Source of the DNA: Anthoceros angustus
Lineage: Eukaryota; Plantae; Anthocerotophyta
DNA length: 64,000 nucleotides
Reading direction: 5' to 3'
Assembly: GCA_010909165.1 (NCBI GenBank)
Contig: MU008195.1
Location: 372,001 to 436,000, forward strand
This document shows, piece after piece, positions 1 to 11,153 of the stretch (position 1 is the first letter of the stretch; every line of letters starts with the position of its first letter). The translations under genes were made by a program, and so were the position numbers. The notes below the pieces were generated by a model, which made no database searches, was not told the DNA's origin, and saw only the letters and a list, made by a program, of their open reading frames with translations.

Positions 1-472
1 TTCGCCCCCACGGAAGCCTGGAAGCTGCGTGCTTTGAGCTTTTGTGAGATAGCTCCTTGTTGTGTGTGTTTGTGGACGTTTGAATCCTCCTTGTGATCTA
101 CATCATCCTTTGTTTCTTGTGATCTGCATCATCCTCTGCTTCATTCGTCTCCTTGCGTCCGATTGCGCTGCTGCTGCCGTTGCAGGACGAAGCTGCCTCA
201 ATTGTTGTGCTGTTACTGCAAAAGGAGCATACGCATCCGTCTGTGTTGTTGCTGCAGAAGAATAAGCTGCATCTGCATCCCACTGGGGTTGCTGCTGCTG
301 CAGAAGGAGGAATCTGCATCCGATTGTTTTGCTGCTGGTGCGGAAAGAAGGAATCTGCATCCGATTGCGCTGCTGGTGCTGGACGAAGAAGCTGCATCCA
401 AACCTGGAGCCTGTGAAGCGATTTGGAGTTGGAATTGCATGGGGTGCCTTGATTAAGGAAGAAGGCTGGATC

Positions 473-3303
473 ATGGGAGACGCCGGCCATGGATGTTCCT
501 CCTCTCGATCTTCATCCTCATCCTGGCGGGAGGGGCGGAGGGACGACGAATGCACCGACCTCACGGCCCTGCTGGCCGTGAAAGCCGCGCTGGTGGATCC
601 AACCGGGAGCCAGTCAACTGGCAGGGGACGATCCTTGCGGCGCCGGGCGTGGCGGGGGTAATCTGCGAGCAAAATGCGCAGGGAGTGGGAACGGTGATTG
701 AGCTACGTCTCTTCCGCATGGGGCTGCAGGGCGTGCTGGCTCCGGAGGTCGGGAATCTGCAGAACCTGGTGACACTGGATGATGTGAACAGCATCTCGGG
801 AGCTTGCCACCTCCATCGGCAACCTCCCGCCCCTCCAGCTCCTGCTACTGAGCGGCAACAACATGACAGGCCCGTTGCCTCCCGAACTGGGCCGGCTCGC
901 GACCCTCATCCGGCTCCAGGTGGACCAGAACAAATTCACCGGCCAGATCCCGACCACCTTCACCAACTTGCTCGCCATCCAGCACTTCCACCTCAACAAC
1001 AACTCCTCTCCGGCACCATCCTGTCAGGCATCGGCTCTCCCGAACGCGATGCACCTCCTGGTGGACAACAATCAGCTCACGGGAGCATCCTGACCTCGCC
1101 AACAGCTCCACCTCGAAATTCTCCAGCTGGACAACAACCCCTGCCTGGGCAGCCCATCCTGAGCTCCTTCGGCGAACCTGGAAGTTCCTGGCCCTCCTCA
1201 AGCTCAGCATGTGGGGGTGCCATTCCAGGGCAACATCCCCTGGCTCCGCAACATCCCTCCTCAAGTTCCTGGATCTGAGCCAGAACTCCTTTCCGGCACC
1301 ATCCCGGTGCTCTCCCTCCCCAACCTCACCTCCATCTACCTTCTTCCAACAACCTCTCCCAGGACATAGGCGGGCTAACCCTAGGGCCCGCTCCCATCCC
1401 TCCAGGCCCTCTTCCTCTCCAACAACAACCTGAGCGGTACGCGGACATCCCGTGTCCCTGCTGGCGCTCTCCTCAACCGGCACCGGCGCCTTCCCCGTCT
1501 CAACCCTGGACCTGCAGAACAACCACATCTCCGACTTCAAGGCCGGGGAGAACGTCACGCTCTGGCTGAGCGGGAACCCTAGGTGTTCGGGCGACAGCGC
1601 CAATTTCGAAGACTGCAAGGTGCAGTCGGAGAGCAGCTTCCCCCAGCCAGTCCTGGACTCCGACGGCAACAACAGGACGTTGTCAGACGCGGGCGGGTGC
1701 AGCGCTCTCCTCTGCCCCGGCCAGTTCCAGTACTCCTGGGCCGTGGACGGCCAGGCCTGCAGCTGCAGGCTCCCGTCACGCTCCGCCTCCGGCTCAAGAG
1801 CCCCAGCTTCCGTGTTCGCGCCCTTGGTGAGCAGATTCGAGAGCCACATCGCGGACGCCATCTCCACGGCCAGCAACGGAAACCTCCAGCTTCCCGTGGA
1901 GCTGGTGCACGTGCGGAACTATACCTGGCAGCCGGGGCCGAGGGTGGAGCCTTCCTCCAGCTCTTCCCGAACGGAACGGAGTTCGTGGCCGCGCAGGCGG
2001 AGGTTCTGATCACGCTCTTCGCGACCTGGAAGCTCCCGGACAACAAGGTGTTCGGGCCCGTGGAGTTGATGGATTTCCTCCCCGGGTGCATGGCGCCGCG
2101 GGGTCCCCGGGGCGGGTCCGTTGGGGCGGGCGGCTCGGGCCGGGGCCGTGGCGGGCGCGGTGGCGGCTGCGGTGCTGGGAACGGCGGGGCTGGCGGGGCT
2201 GGCTGGGGCGTGGTACGTGAGGAGGAGGAAGGAGAGGGAGGGCGGCGCCCGTCAGGCGCGGCCTGCTGGGCGGCGACCGCAGCAGCGTGCAGATCACGGG
2301 CGTAAAGGAGTTCACGTTCCAGGAGCTGAGCGATGCGACGGAGGGGTTCAGCGACAAGCGGGGATCGGGCGGGAGGCTACGGGAAGGTGTACCATGGGGA
2401 GCTGGCGGAGGAGGGGCAGGTGGCCATCAAGCGCGCAGGAAGGAGCTTGCAGGAAGCCGGGAATTCTACACCGAGATCGAGCTGCTGTCGCGGTGCATCA
2501 CCGGAACCTGGTGAAGCTGGTTGGATACTGCCATGACCAGGGGAGCAGATGCTGGTGTACGAGTAGGAGGGGAACGTTGCGGGATAATCTGTCCGCGAAG
2601 CCGGGGCTGGATATGGTGACGCGGCTGCGCATTGCGCTGGGGAGCGCCAAGGGATCGCGTACCTGCACAACGAGGCCAACCCGCCGATCTTCCACCGGGA
2701 CATCAAGGCCACCAACATCCTGCTGGACCGTAAGCGGAATGCCAAGGTGGCGGATTTCGGCTCTCCAAGCTGGCGCCCGCGCCGGACCAGGAGGGATCTG
2801 GGCCGGGGCATGTCTCCACCGTCGTGAAGGGGACGCCCGGGTACCTGGACCCCGAGTACTTCCTCACCCACAAGCTCACGGACAAGAGCGATGTTTACAG
2901 CTTCGGGGTCGTGCTCCTGGAGCTCATCACCGGGCTGCACCCCATCTCCCACGGGAAGAACATCGTGCGCGAAGTGAACACGGCCTTCGAATCCGGCACC
3001 GTGCTGGACATTGTGGATCCTCGCATGGGCCCTTACCTACCCGAGCTCATTCACCCGCTGGTGAGCCTCGCCGTGAGCTGCTGCCAGGACAACCCCGATA
3101 AGCGGCCCGGCATCGTCGAGGTGGTGCGGGACCTGGATGACATTTGGCACACCATGCCCTGGGGCGTCTCCACCGATACTGAGGGTTCAGCGCGTGTGCA
3201 CTCCAAGGGGCCTCCGCGAGCCCGCTTTCAGGATGATAACTCCGACATCTCCATTGCCGGCGGGATCACCAGCGGCACAGTTATCGACGTCATTCCCCGA
3301 TAG
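473..3303 (+). CDS. LRR receptor-like kinase, LRR-VIII-1 type, copy 1 (A ectodomain / B kinase C-terminus chimera; many frameshifts, possibly sequencing errors)
   Basis: Across frames: signal peptide, LRRNT, LxxLxLxxNxLSG repeats, [48 protein letters not shown]. No introns seen. Confidence 0.85.
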
Positions 3304-3504
3304 TACCAGAAGTGCATGAGCCAAACACGGCATCATAATCTTGTATTTCCACCAGTCTTCCATGACTGAGATAAGCCTGGCAATGCTAAAGCGTTGCTGC
3401 AATTTGTGATGCCACAAGTTGCGAACACAAGACGCTGAAGAGTGAAATGCTGAAGTGATTCAACTGTTAAGCCCTCTCACAAACCGCAAAATCATGAGGT
3501 TTCT

Positions 3505-3593
3505 GGTGTCAGCTAGGAGCGAAAGACTATGCTTCTGTGTTCATCATGGCGGCCAAGCCAACTCCGATGAACTATGCTTTTGCATCATCCACC
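3505..3593 (-). ncRNA. U80: Box C/D snoRNA, U80/snR60-type double guide for 25S rRNA
   Basis: Minus strand: GGTG stem, C box, guide GCATAGTTCAT + D' CGGA, C' ATGATGA, guide TAGTCTTTCGCTCCTAG + D CTGA, CACC stem. Guides complement 25S GGTGAACTATGC and TAGGGGCGAAAGACTA (one G-U pair), recalled as the yeast Am817/Gm908 sites. Confidence 0.8.
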
Positions 3594-3864
3594 AGCCGCT
3601 TAGACTAGCAGTCAGAAAGGAAAAGAAAAAGTTACTCACACATGTCAGGCGACGATATCGTAGAGGCCTCTCGGATGTATGAAGCCTAAAAAACTTCATA
3701 CGCCAGAACACAAGTTACCAGCAGCAATAGATACCATGAATGACGCTGGCACCTGCAACCGAGTCTGAATGCAGACCTTCTGCGCTGGAAAAGCATGTTG
3801 CGTTCCGTCATTCATCATCTGCCACCAAACACAAACAGTGACGACTCAACCGTTACCTACATCT

Positions 3865-3922
3865 ATATGTGCCAAACCGGTTACCTTCACCCATTTACAG
3901 AGAATTAAGGTGAAGATCTGGC
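3865..3922 (-). ncRNA. Candidate H/ACA-like hairpin ending in ACA-TAT
   Basis: GCCAGATC...GGTTTGGC basal stem, CCTT/AAGG upper stem and an internal loop. Pairing is kept in paralogs at 9483-9540 and 28689-28746. Target not identified. Confidence 0.35.
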
Positions 3923-4228
3923 AGCCCCGTACAACACACCACAAATTGCCAAACAGCACCCACCAAGACCTACTCCAAAAATGTGTTGACCTTTAATTGC
4001 TGGCTACATTGCGCAATTCTGTGATAAAACACCATTCAGCACTGAGGGAACAAAAGGAGCTTGATGCCACTCCCATCCCTAACAAATTGTCACTGCACCA
4101 TGTTAGACACCTTCCGTCAGCAACCGATATCACTCAAGTAGCCTCAGCTGCACGACAGGCAGCGACAGCTCCTTCACTTAGAAGATTGTGTCATTCTCTT
4201 AATAGCTCGCATACGTTGTGCCTCAACA

Positions 4229-4324
4229 TTAGCTGCCACCTTCGTACGTGATAGACAACTACCAACACAGAGATGCTAATCCCTAAAGGTTGGCGAGACA
4301 ACTGAGATCTTGGTCGTCAATCAT
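4229..4324 (-). pseudogene. OST4: OST4 pseudogene
   Basis: Reads MIDDQDLSCLANL*, with a frameshift and loss of about 20 nt (VTADPK region). The same lesions occur in unit 2. Confidence 0.85.
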
Positions 4325-4656
4325 CTGCGTATGACCAAGCAATCAACAAAACCACCACAAACATACACACAACCGACCCCGAAGGACCCTCGCACTCTGA
4401 AGAACATCAACCCATCCAGACCTCACCACCATGAAACCGCCAGGCGACAGGCAGAGGGCCTGCAAAGAAGAAGAAGAAGAATTATCAGAAGTAAGCTACA
4501 GATCAGATCTTGGCTCCGTGGGAAATCCTACGCAACATACTTTATACAATTTTGACCCAGATTTAGCCAATTCCGTTGTAGTGTAGAGTGGATGGGGTCC
4601 GTGGGAAAACTCTAGACAAAATAGTTGATAGAATTTTAAATCCAGCCATAATCAAA

Positions 4657-4728
4657 TCCGTTGTAGTCTAGACGGTTAGGATACTCGGCTCTCACCCGAG
4701 CGACCCGGGTTCGAGTCCAGCAACGGAA
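4657..4728 (+). tRNA. tRNA-Glu(CTC); 1-nt T-stem defect in this copy, probably an error
   Basis: TCCGTTG/CAACGGA acceptor stem, CTCGG-CT-CTC-AC-CCGAG anticodon arm, GGTTCGAGTCC T-loop. Confidence 0.9.
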
Positions 4729-5087
4729 GGTTTACACTCTTGCTCCGGATGGGAGTTTCTGAGGTTCAGATGTTTTTCACTTTTCAGTCCGTAGAGTCCG
4801 TCGGTGGAGACTTTGGTTTTCAGAGCCTCTTCGACCACTTTTTCACTCTTCATTCCGCAGAGTGCAAGATTTCAGGCCAAACTCAGCACAGTCCAGATGG
4901 TTCACAGGAATCGCGTCGCAAACCGCACAATCCAAACATTCTTCGAAAGCTCTGGTGTTTTGCAATTCGACTGTGTTAGTCCTCTCTATGGAAGATGTTG
5001 GAAGTAAAAATACACTTTGGTCCGCTGGCCGGCACAAGTACCTGTCCCGCAATTTCCCACATTGGTGGAGCAGGTTTCAGCAGCTGG

Positions 5088-5426
5088 TTAGCGAGGAACG
5101 ACGTCGACAACGGTGCCGCTGAGGAGCACGTCGGTGTGGTTGAAGTTGTCGGAGTTCTAATCTTGACTGCGGTGGCGAGGCGGCTTAGCCTGCAGACCTG
5201 CTGAAGCCTCGATATCTGTGGACACATCCCAGGGCATTGTGCGCCATATATCATCCAAGTCGCGGACCTCCTCAAGAATCGAGGGCCGCTTGTCGGGGTC
5301 ATCCTGGCAGCAGCTGATGGCCAGGCTCACCAGCGGCTGGAACACCTCAGACGAGAATGCTCCCATCTGGGGATCCACTACATGCAGCACAGTGTCGGAG
5401 TCATATGCCGTCTTCACCTCGCGCAC
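5088..5426 (-). pseudogene. Inverted 3' fragment of an A-type RLK kinase (homologous 3' flank extends to about 4860)
   Basis: REVKTAYDS...SCCQDDPDKRPSILE...VVDVVPR* matches the C-terminus of the 27.6-27.98 kb gene. It is cut off at the AT-rich island. Confidence 0.9.
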
Positions 5427-6446
5427 CTTCAGTGCTTATTTACAAAAACACCCCCCATCGGGTATATTCCCCAATCGAAAATTCCAGTCCACCCCCTAAT
5501 CTAGTTTGGAGTGTGCAAAAGCCTATCACAGCCACAGGAATTGGAGCCTCTCCTTTCCTCCGTGATGGCTTTCTTTCGCCAGCGGGTTTTCATAGCTCTG
5601 CACAAAGTGCTATTATAGTTCTGCAGAAAGCGCTACTATAGCTCTTCAGAAAGCGCTGGCTAACGCTATTTATAGGATGACTATGTGTACAGGATTAGCG
5701 ACTTCTTCGGCACCGGTGATAGGTAGGCCCTTCATCATCCCTGATCACAATATTATTAATAGGTAGTTAGGGAAAAGGCATTCGAGGGGACTAGGACTTC
5801 TCTTTTTACTATTAGTCCTTTTTGGGTTGTTCCTCCTCGGACTTCAGGGGTAGATGGGATTCCTCATCTCGCCTATTAATAACGTCTACTCTTCTCTCCT
5901 TTAGAGGTCCCATTCAGGGAGGTGTCCGATTATATTTTCCCTATTTAAAACTAATAATAATATTATAAACTTTAAAATCAAAAATACCCAAAAAGAAAAA
6001 TTTAAATTTTGATTGATAGGTTTCACTAAAAATAATTTTTACCACTTCTCTATATAGTTGTTTGAAAGCTAGCACTCTCTCTAAGCAACATCAAAAACCT
6101 CTACCTATCATAAAGGAAAAGCCTAGCTTAAGAGTCTTCAATCACACCTAAAAGTCTATTATGCTTTGAAATAATCGATTCTTTTTTCTTTCTTTTTTAA
6201 TATTTTTTAGTAAAAGAATTAGAAATCCCATTTAGGGAGGTGAAACTAACATGAATATATGTTTCAAAAGGTCCCAATTACCATTTAGGGAAAAGTCCCA
6301 TTTATTACATTGTAAACTAAAGGGAGTAGGATGGGAGGTCCCATTTAGAGAGGAATCCAATTTATAGAGTTCGAATTAGAGGGCATTTGTATTTTGAATT
6401 AAAGCCCGTCCTGCTACTTCTACATCGTACATATATGGTTGCAGTG

Positions 6447-6690
6447 TCAGTGCTTTCCAGCCCACACACTTACACTTTCCAGCCCACATAGAGCCCGCAA
6501 AGTGAAATCATAGATCTCTGTGCCCATGTGCCGAACGAGGGTTGGAATTCCTGCCTTACACATGGCCACAATAGCCAACCTCTCCGGATCCTTGTCGACC
6601 AGCTTGTCCAGAAGGCGCAGCGCTAGCTCCTTGTTCAGCTTGCAGTTCCTTGACTTTGTACCATGAGTTACCCTATAGGAGCAATCGTCT
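6447..6690 (-). pseudogene. ARM-repeat-like gene fragment (direct-repeat partner at about 8455-8720)
   Basis: KELALRLLDKLVDKDPERLAIVAMCKAGIPTLVRHM...TLRALC helical pattern. The near copy at 8455-8720 shares GAGTTACCCTATAGGAGCAATCG. Confidence 0.35.
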
Positions 6691-7200
6691 AGGGTGAAAA
6701 CTATATAACGGCACACTAGTTAAACACTAACTGCGACTAGCTTGTAGTGTTGTTCCATGATATCCTTTCTTTCAATCCTAATTAAGAGTTGGTGTACATG
6801 CGCCTGTCCAGTAGATGTGACCACGATTCCGTCAAGCAAAGGTGGGCTGGAAGAAGGTGCTGTCAGATTGGACACAGGTGAGATGGACGACACAATTAAA
6901 ACACGCCCTCCACCCCTCTCCACCTGGACTAAGAAGCAGCGATAATTGCAGATGATGGTCTCAAGTGCTGTTGCTCAAATGGTTCAGTATGCAACAATCA
7001 AAGTCTGCATGCAAGTAGGGACTATACATGCAAGCCTGGCAACTAAAAAGCAGGCCATTGTTAAGAGATAACTCTTGATATTAGAAAGTTTTTTGAAATA
7101 AACTATAAATAAAGATAGAATAGAACTCAACTACAATAATATTTATAACCATAGTTTCAAATATATTTCTCAATAAAATACCTATTCAATGTATAAAGAG

Positions 7201-7962
7201 CTAATGAGGTGATAATTGTATAAAATTATAATGAGAGTTGCCATTGTACCATACACTGATGGTACGTGATTTTTCCTTTTTAAATTCAATGGGTTCATAT
7301 TTCGCAAGAAACATGACCCCTCCTTGACATTTGACATAAACTGAGATTGATGTTTTTAAGACTTGCGCTAACATCAAGAGCTCTAATTCGCCACCCCACT
7401 CCGTGACCATACTCATCCTCTTAATATAATTGTCTATGTCGCCCTCTACTAAATCTTTGTAGGTATCTCGATGGCTTTCTAATTCAGTCATAGCCCTTTT
7501 GCGTAAAACATCTGCCACGCGGCCTTGACTAGCGTTATCTAACTTCCCATAAAAGTATGCCCCAGCGACAGCTCTGAACAAACATTTTCCATCCCCTTCA
7601 ACATGAATGATCTTGTATTCATTTGGTTGCAATATTTTCCTATCAATGGGTGATGTGAAACTCTCTGAAACAACCTTCGATTTGGCTGCACTGCGTTCAT
7701 GTGGGATCTTTGCAAGTGTGAAGCTCTTTGAAACAACCTTCGACTTCTCTAAACTAGTATTCGCCGCACTCCGTTCACATGGGATTCTTGCGGATGTGCA
7801 TCTCTTTGAAACAACCTCGGACTTTGCTGAACCAATATTTGGTTCGTGTGTGATCTTTGCTTTTTTTTTACGCTCTAATATAGACAAATCTTTCTTTGAA
7901 TCAAAATCGGAAGGAGAGAGTTTTCTCTTGGCGCTTGATTGAACCATCTTTAAAAATATCAT
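7201..7962 (-). CDS. Intronless OTU-domain cysteine protease (plant OTU4-like deubiquitinase)
   Basis: VEGDGKCLFRAV (D,C), VEGDIDNYI, WGGELELLM, YNGNSHY (H). Basic NLS-like N-terminus and three ~22-aa repeats. Open 253-aa frame from the ATG at 7962. Confidence 0.85.
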   Translation of the reverse strand: MIFLKMVQSSAKRKLSPSDFDSKKDLSILERKKKAKITHEPNIGSAKSEVVSKRCTSARIPCERSAANTSLEKSKVVSKSFTLAKIPHERSAAKSKVVSESFTSPIDRKILQPNEYKIIHVEGDGKCLFRAVAGAYFYGKLDNASQGRVADVLRKRAMTELESHRDTYKDLVEGDIDNYIKRMSMVTEWGGELELLMLAQVLKTSISVYVKCQGGVMFLAKYEPIEFKKEKSRTISVWYNGNSHYNFIQLSPH

Positions 7963-9130
7963 ATACTGTATATACAACACAACGAACATATATAGCCTTC
8001 AACATGGGGCTTACGACCTTGGTCTTTGAATATTGTAAATATATTGATTAAAAGGGGCTTAAGACCTTGGTCTTGAACTTTGTAAAAACTTAAAATAAAA
8101 GAATGGGCCATGCATATGCATTCTACACAAAGCAGTTGCTTCTCCCTATACACTTGTACTATATGTAGCTTTGTGTGCCAAGAACACTACGAGTTGCTAA
8201 TAAAGGGCTGGGATTACGTTAAACTAGTCCGGGTTTGGTTAATCAATGAACTTGCTAACGATTGCAAATACTGTCACGGGAAATAAAAATGCGAGTGAGA
8301 TTGAAAAGCTTCGCTCAAGAGGGACTCCCAATTGTGCTTGGTGCAATTCTATATTCGAAGCAATTGGGCAACACACTGGCGAGTTTTCGTTGTACAACCA
8401 CTGGGCACAACAAACACAAGTTGGTTGATAATACCAGCTTGAATTAAAGCCAGTCTTGCTATTTCTACATCCTATGGTTGTAGTGTTAGTGCTTTCCAGC
8501 TCACACAGAGCCCCCAGAGTGGAAGCACAGATCTCTGTACCCATGTGCTGAACGAGGATCGGACGTGGCCACAATAGCCACGTCCTGTCTTGCACGTGGC
8601 CACAATAGCCAACCTGTCCGGGTCCTTGCTGACCAGCTTGTCCAGAAGGCGCAGCTCCAGCTCCTTGTTTAGCTTGCAGTTCCTTGACTTTGCACCACGA
8701 GTTACCCTATAGGAGCAATCGGCATGCTGCAGGAATGGTGGCTTTGATGAATGCTAGCGTCAATGAATGCTAGCACCATCAAAGCACGGAATGCTGGCTT
8801 CATCGAAGCAGGAACAGAAGAAGAAGAATAACATCTTAGACTAAGCAACGAACATGAAGGACCATCTCAAAGCCCAGGACCTTGAGCACACCGTTCGGAC
8901 ATCCAGCACAAAGATCCGTGCAATCACGAGGCCAATTTCTCGAAAGTGGAAATCGTGCAGTCGCAAGTTTCTCCGCAACCGATGTGGGGATTTCTGTGCA
9001 CAGGCCACCATTTCTGTACACAGGCCAAGCATTGCTGCAATTTGTGATGCCACAAGTTGCGAACACAAGACGCTGAACAGTGAAACGCTGGAGTGATTCA
9101 ACTGTTACACCGCAAAATCATGACGATTCT

Positions 9131-9219
9131 GGTGTCAGTTAGGAGCGAAAGACTATGCTTCTGTGTTCATCATGGCGGCCAAGCCAACTCCGATGAACTA
9201 TGCTTTTGCATCATCCACC
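9131..9219 (-). ncRNA. U80: U80/snR60-type C/D snoRNA, second module
   Basis: Boxes and both rRNA guides match the 3505-3593 copy. Lies inside a GTGAGT...TAACAG intron (9102-9265). Confidence 0.8.
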
Positions 9220-9832
9220 AGCGCCTTAGACTAGCAGTCAGAAGGGAAAAGAAACAGTTACTCACTCATGTCAGGCGACGAGGCCTCTCGGAGGTATGAA
9301 CCCTATAAAGCTTCATAGGCCAGAACACAAGTTACCAGCAGCAGTGGATATCATGCATGACGCTGGCACCTGTAACCGAGTCTGAATGCAGGCCTTCTGC
9401 GCTGGAAAAAGCATGTTGCAGTCCGTTATTCATCATCTGCCACCATACCTTAACAGTGACGACTCAACCGTTACCTGCATCTATATGCGCCAAATCGGTT
9501 ACCTTCACTCATTTGCAGAGAGCTAAGGTGAAGATTTGGCAGCCCCATACAACACACCACAAATTGCCAAACAGCACCCAGCAAGACCTACTCCAAAAAG
9601 TGTTGACCTCTAATCGCTGGCTACATTGCGCAATTCGGTGACAATACACCATTCGGCACTGGGGAACAAAGGGGCTTGATGCCGCTTCTACCCTAACAAG
9701 TTGTGAGGGCCCTATGTTAGACACCTCCGTCAGCAACTCGAGTAGCCTCAGCTGCACCACAGGCAGCGACAGCTCCTTCACTTAGAATATTATGTCTTTC
9801 TCTTCATAGCTCGCACACGTTGTGTCTCAACA

Positions 9833-9942
9833 TCAGCTGCCACCTCAGTACTTGGGATCCGCCACCACATAGTGATAGACAACTACCAACACAAAGATGC
9901 TAAAAGCTTGGCGAGAAAACCTAGATCTCGGTCGTCAATCAT
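9833..9942 (-). pseudogene. OST4: OST4 pseudogene
   Basis: Reads MIDDRDLGFLAKLLASLCW*; a deletion frameshifts the TM segment. Same lesion at 21932-22041. Confidence 0.85.
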
Positions 9943-10299
9943 CTGCGAATGACCAAGCAATCAACAAAATCACCACAAACATTCACACAACCTACCCCAA
10001 AGGGCCCTCGCACTCTAAACAACATACAAACCATCCAGACCTGACCACCATGGAACCGCCAGACCACAGGCAGAGGGCCTGCAAAACAACATCAAAGAAG
10101 CGGTACAGATCGGATCATACCCTTGCCGACAGAACGATTGCCCTCTGAAGACTGTCAGATGCTCCAAGAGAAACACCTGGAAGACGTGATTCCCCAAGAC
10201 AACCGAACGAAACCCTACTACTACCGCAACGGATGTGGGGATTGCTGTACACAGGCCACCATTTCCTAGACTCCCTGTTGTGAAAGGCAGAGCTGGAGG

Positions 10300-10760
10300 T
10301 GTAGCTCCCATTTTCGACACTCAGCAACAGAAGGTGAAGACTGCCCAGATCTGCACCTCGTCGCCAACAACAGTGGCGAGGGGGGATGCCACTGCAACCG
10401 AGCAGGAGCTAGAGGAGAAAGCATTGAAGCACCATTTTGACAGACAACACTGGACGAAGGCCCTTTCAACAGTTGCGACAAACTAGCTAACAGTCCCCTC
10501 CTGTCCGGCCCTGCAGATCTTGGCAAATCCCTGCTGGCCAGGCGTCACCCACTGTACGAGTTGCAACCTGGGCGCGACCAAAGTTGAATAATCGGGCTCC
10601 AGGACGTGCACCGTCGTTGCCCACAGGCTGCCAAAAAGCGAGTCTGCTTCAACGAGAGTCGGCCGCCGAGATTGATTGAAAGACCTTGAGCATAAGCGTG
10701 TTACCGCGTACCTGCTACATTCGTAATTCCCTTTGACCCCAGGAATGACGCGACAGGATG
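10300..10760. repeat. Unclassified dispersed repeat (also about 22400-22860, and inverted at about 35850-36330 and 46190-46800)
   Basis: Shared GGCGTCACCCAC(T/C)(G/A)TACG and TTGCCCACAGGCTGCCA blocks. No conserved open frame recognised. Confidence 0.6.
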
Positions 10761-11153
10761 TTAGAGAGATCAAGCGTCATGCCACAGACCTGACCAGAAA
10801 TGGAGCACTCAGGAAGTGCTGGCAGCGATGGCACATAGTATTGTCAAGAGCCAACACCGAGAAAGCAATTGAAAACCTCAATCGACATAGACGACGTAGC
10901 CCAGCCTGACATGGAGAGAGAGACACAAGGTTGGTGCTGCAGCCATCGCCGACAAGAGAAGAACAGGGTGGTGTGCGGAGGTATGTTGGCTGGACGTGGG
11001 AGACACTTGGCTGACACATGGTATTCCAAGGCTTGCAAACGAGTCTGAGATTTGTAGACAAGCAACACATCATGCTACAAGGCAAGTAGCTTTGCTTTCA
11101 CATTTCCCATGGTGTGCCCCAGCTTTGTCCAGGTGAGGATTGGGGTTCCTGTT

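Larger units (their letters stand above)
5427..8730. mobile_element. AT-rich TE-like island carrying an OTU gene and captured fragments
   Basis: Abrupt GC drop that truncates the kinase fragment. Left end ATTTACAAAAACACCCCCC resembles a MULE TIR. About 5 subterminal TCCCATT(T)AG(G/A)GAGG motifs at 5900-6350. No right TIR, TSD or transposase seen; right boundary approximate. Confidence 0.45.

Noticed and set aside
62-490. Cys/Gln/Ala-rich short ORFs upstream of each RLK
   Set aside because: Translations of the GCT/GCA-rich promoter repeat in all frames; frames are not conserved between copies.
3755-3850. Plus-strand K-turn-like D'/C' motif (GAGTCTGA...GTGACGACTC)
   Set aside because: Each paralog has either the box or the stem broken, and the strand is opposite to the module.
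4657-4800. tRNA-snoRNA dicistron
   Set aside because: The snoRNAs are on the opposite strand and upstream; the tRNA trailer has no C/D boxes before the T-run.
5427-8730. Helitron or giant-virus identity for the OTU island
   Set aside because: No convincing 5'-TC or hairpin-CTRR ends and no Rep/Hel or NCLDV core genes in the window; kept only as alternatives.
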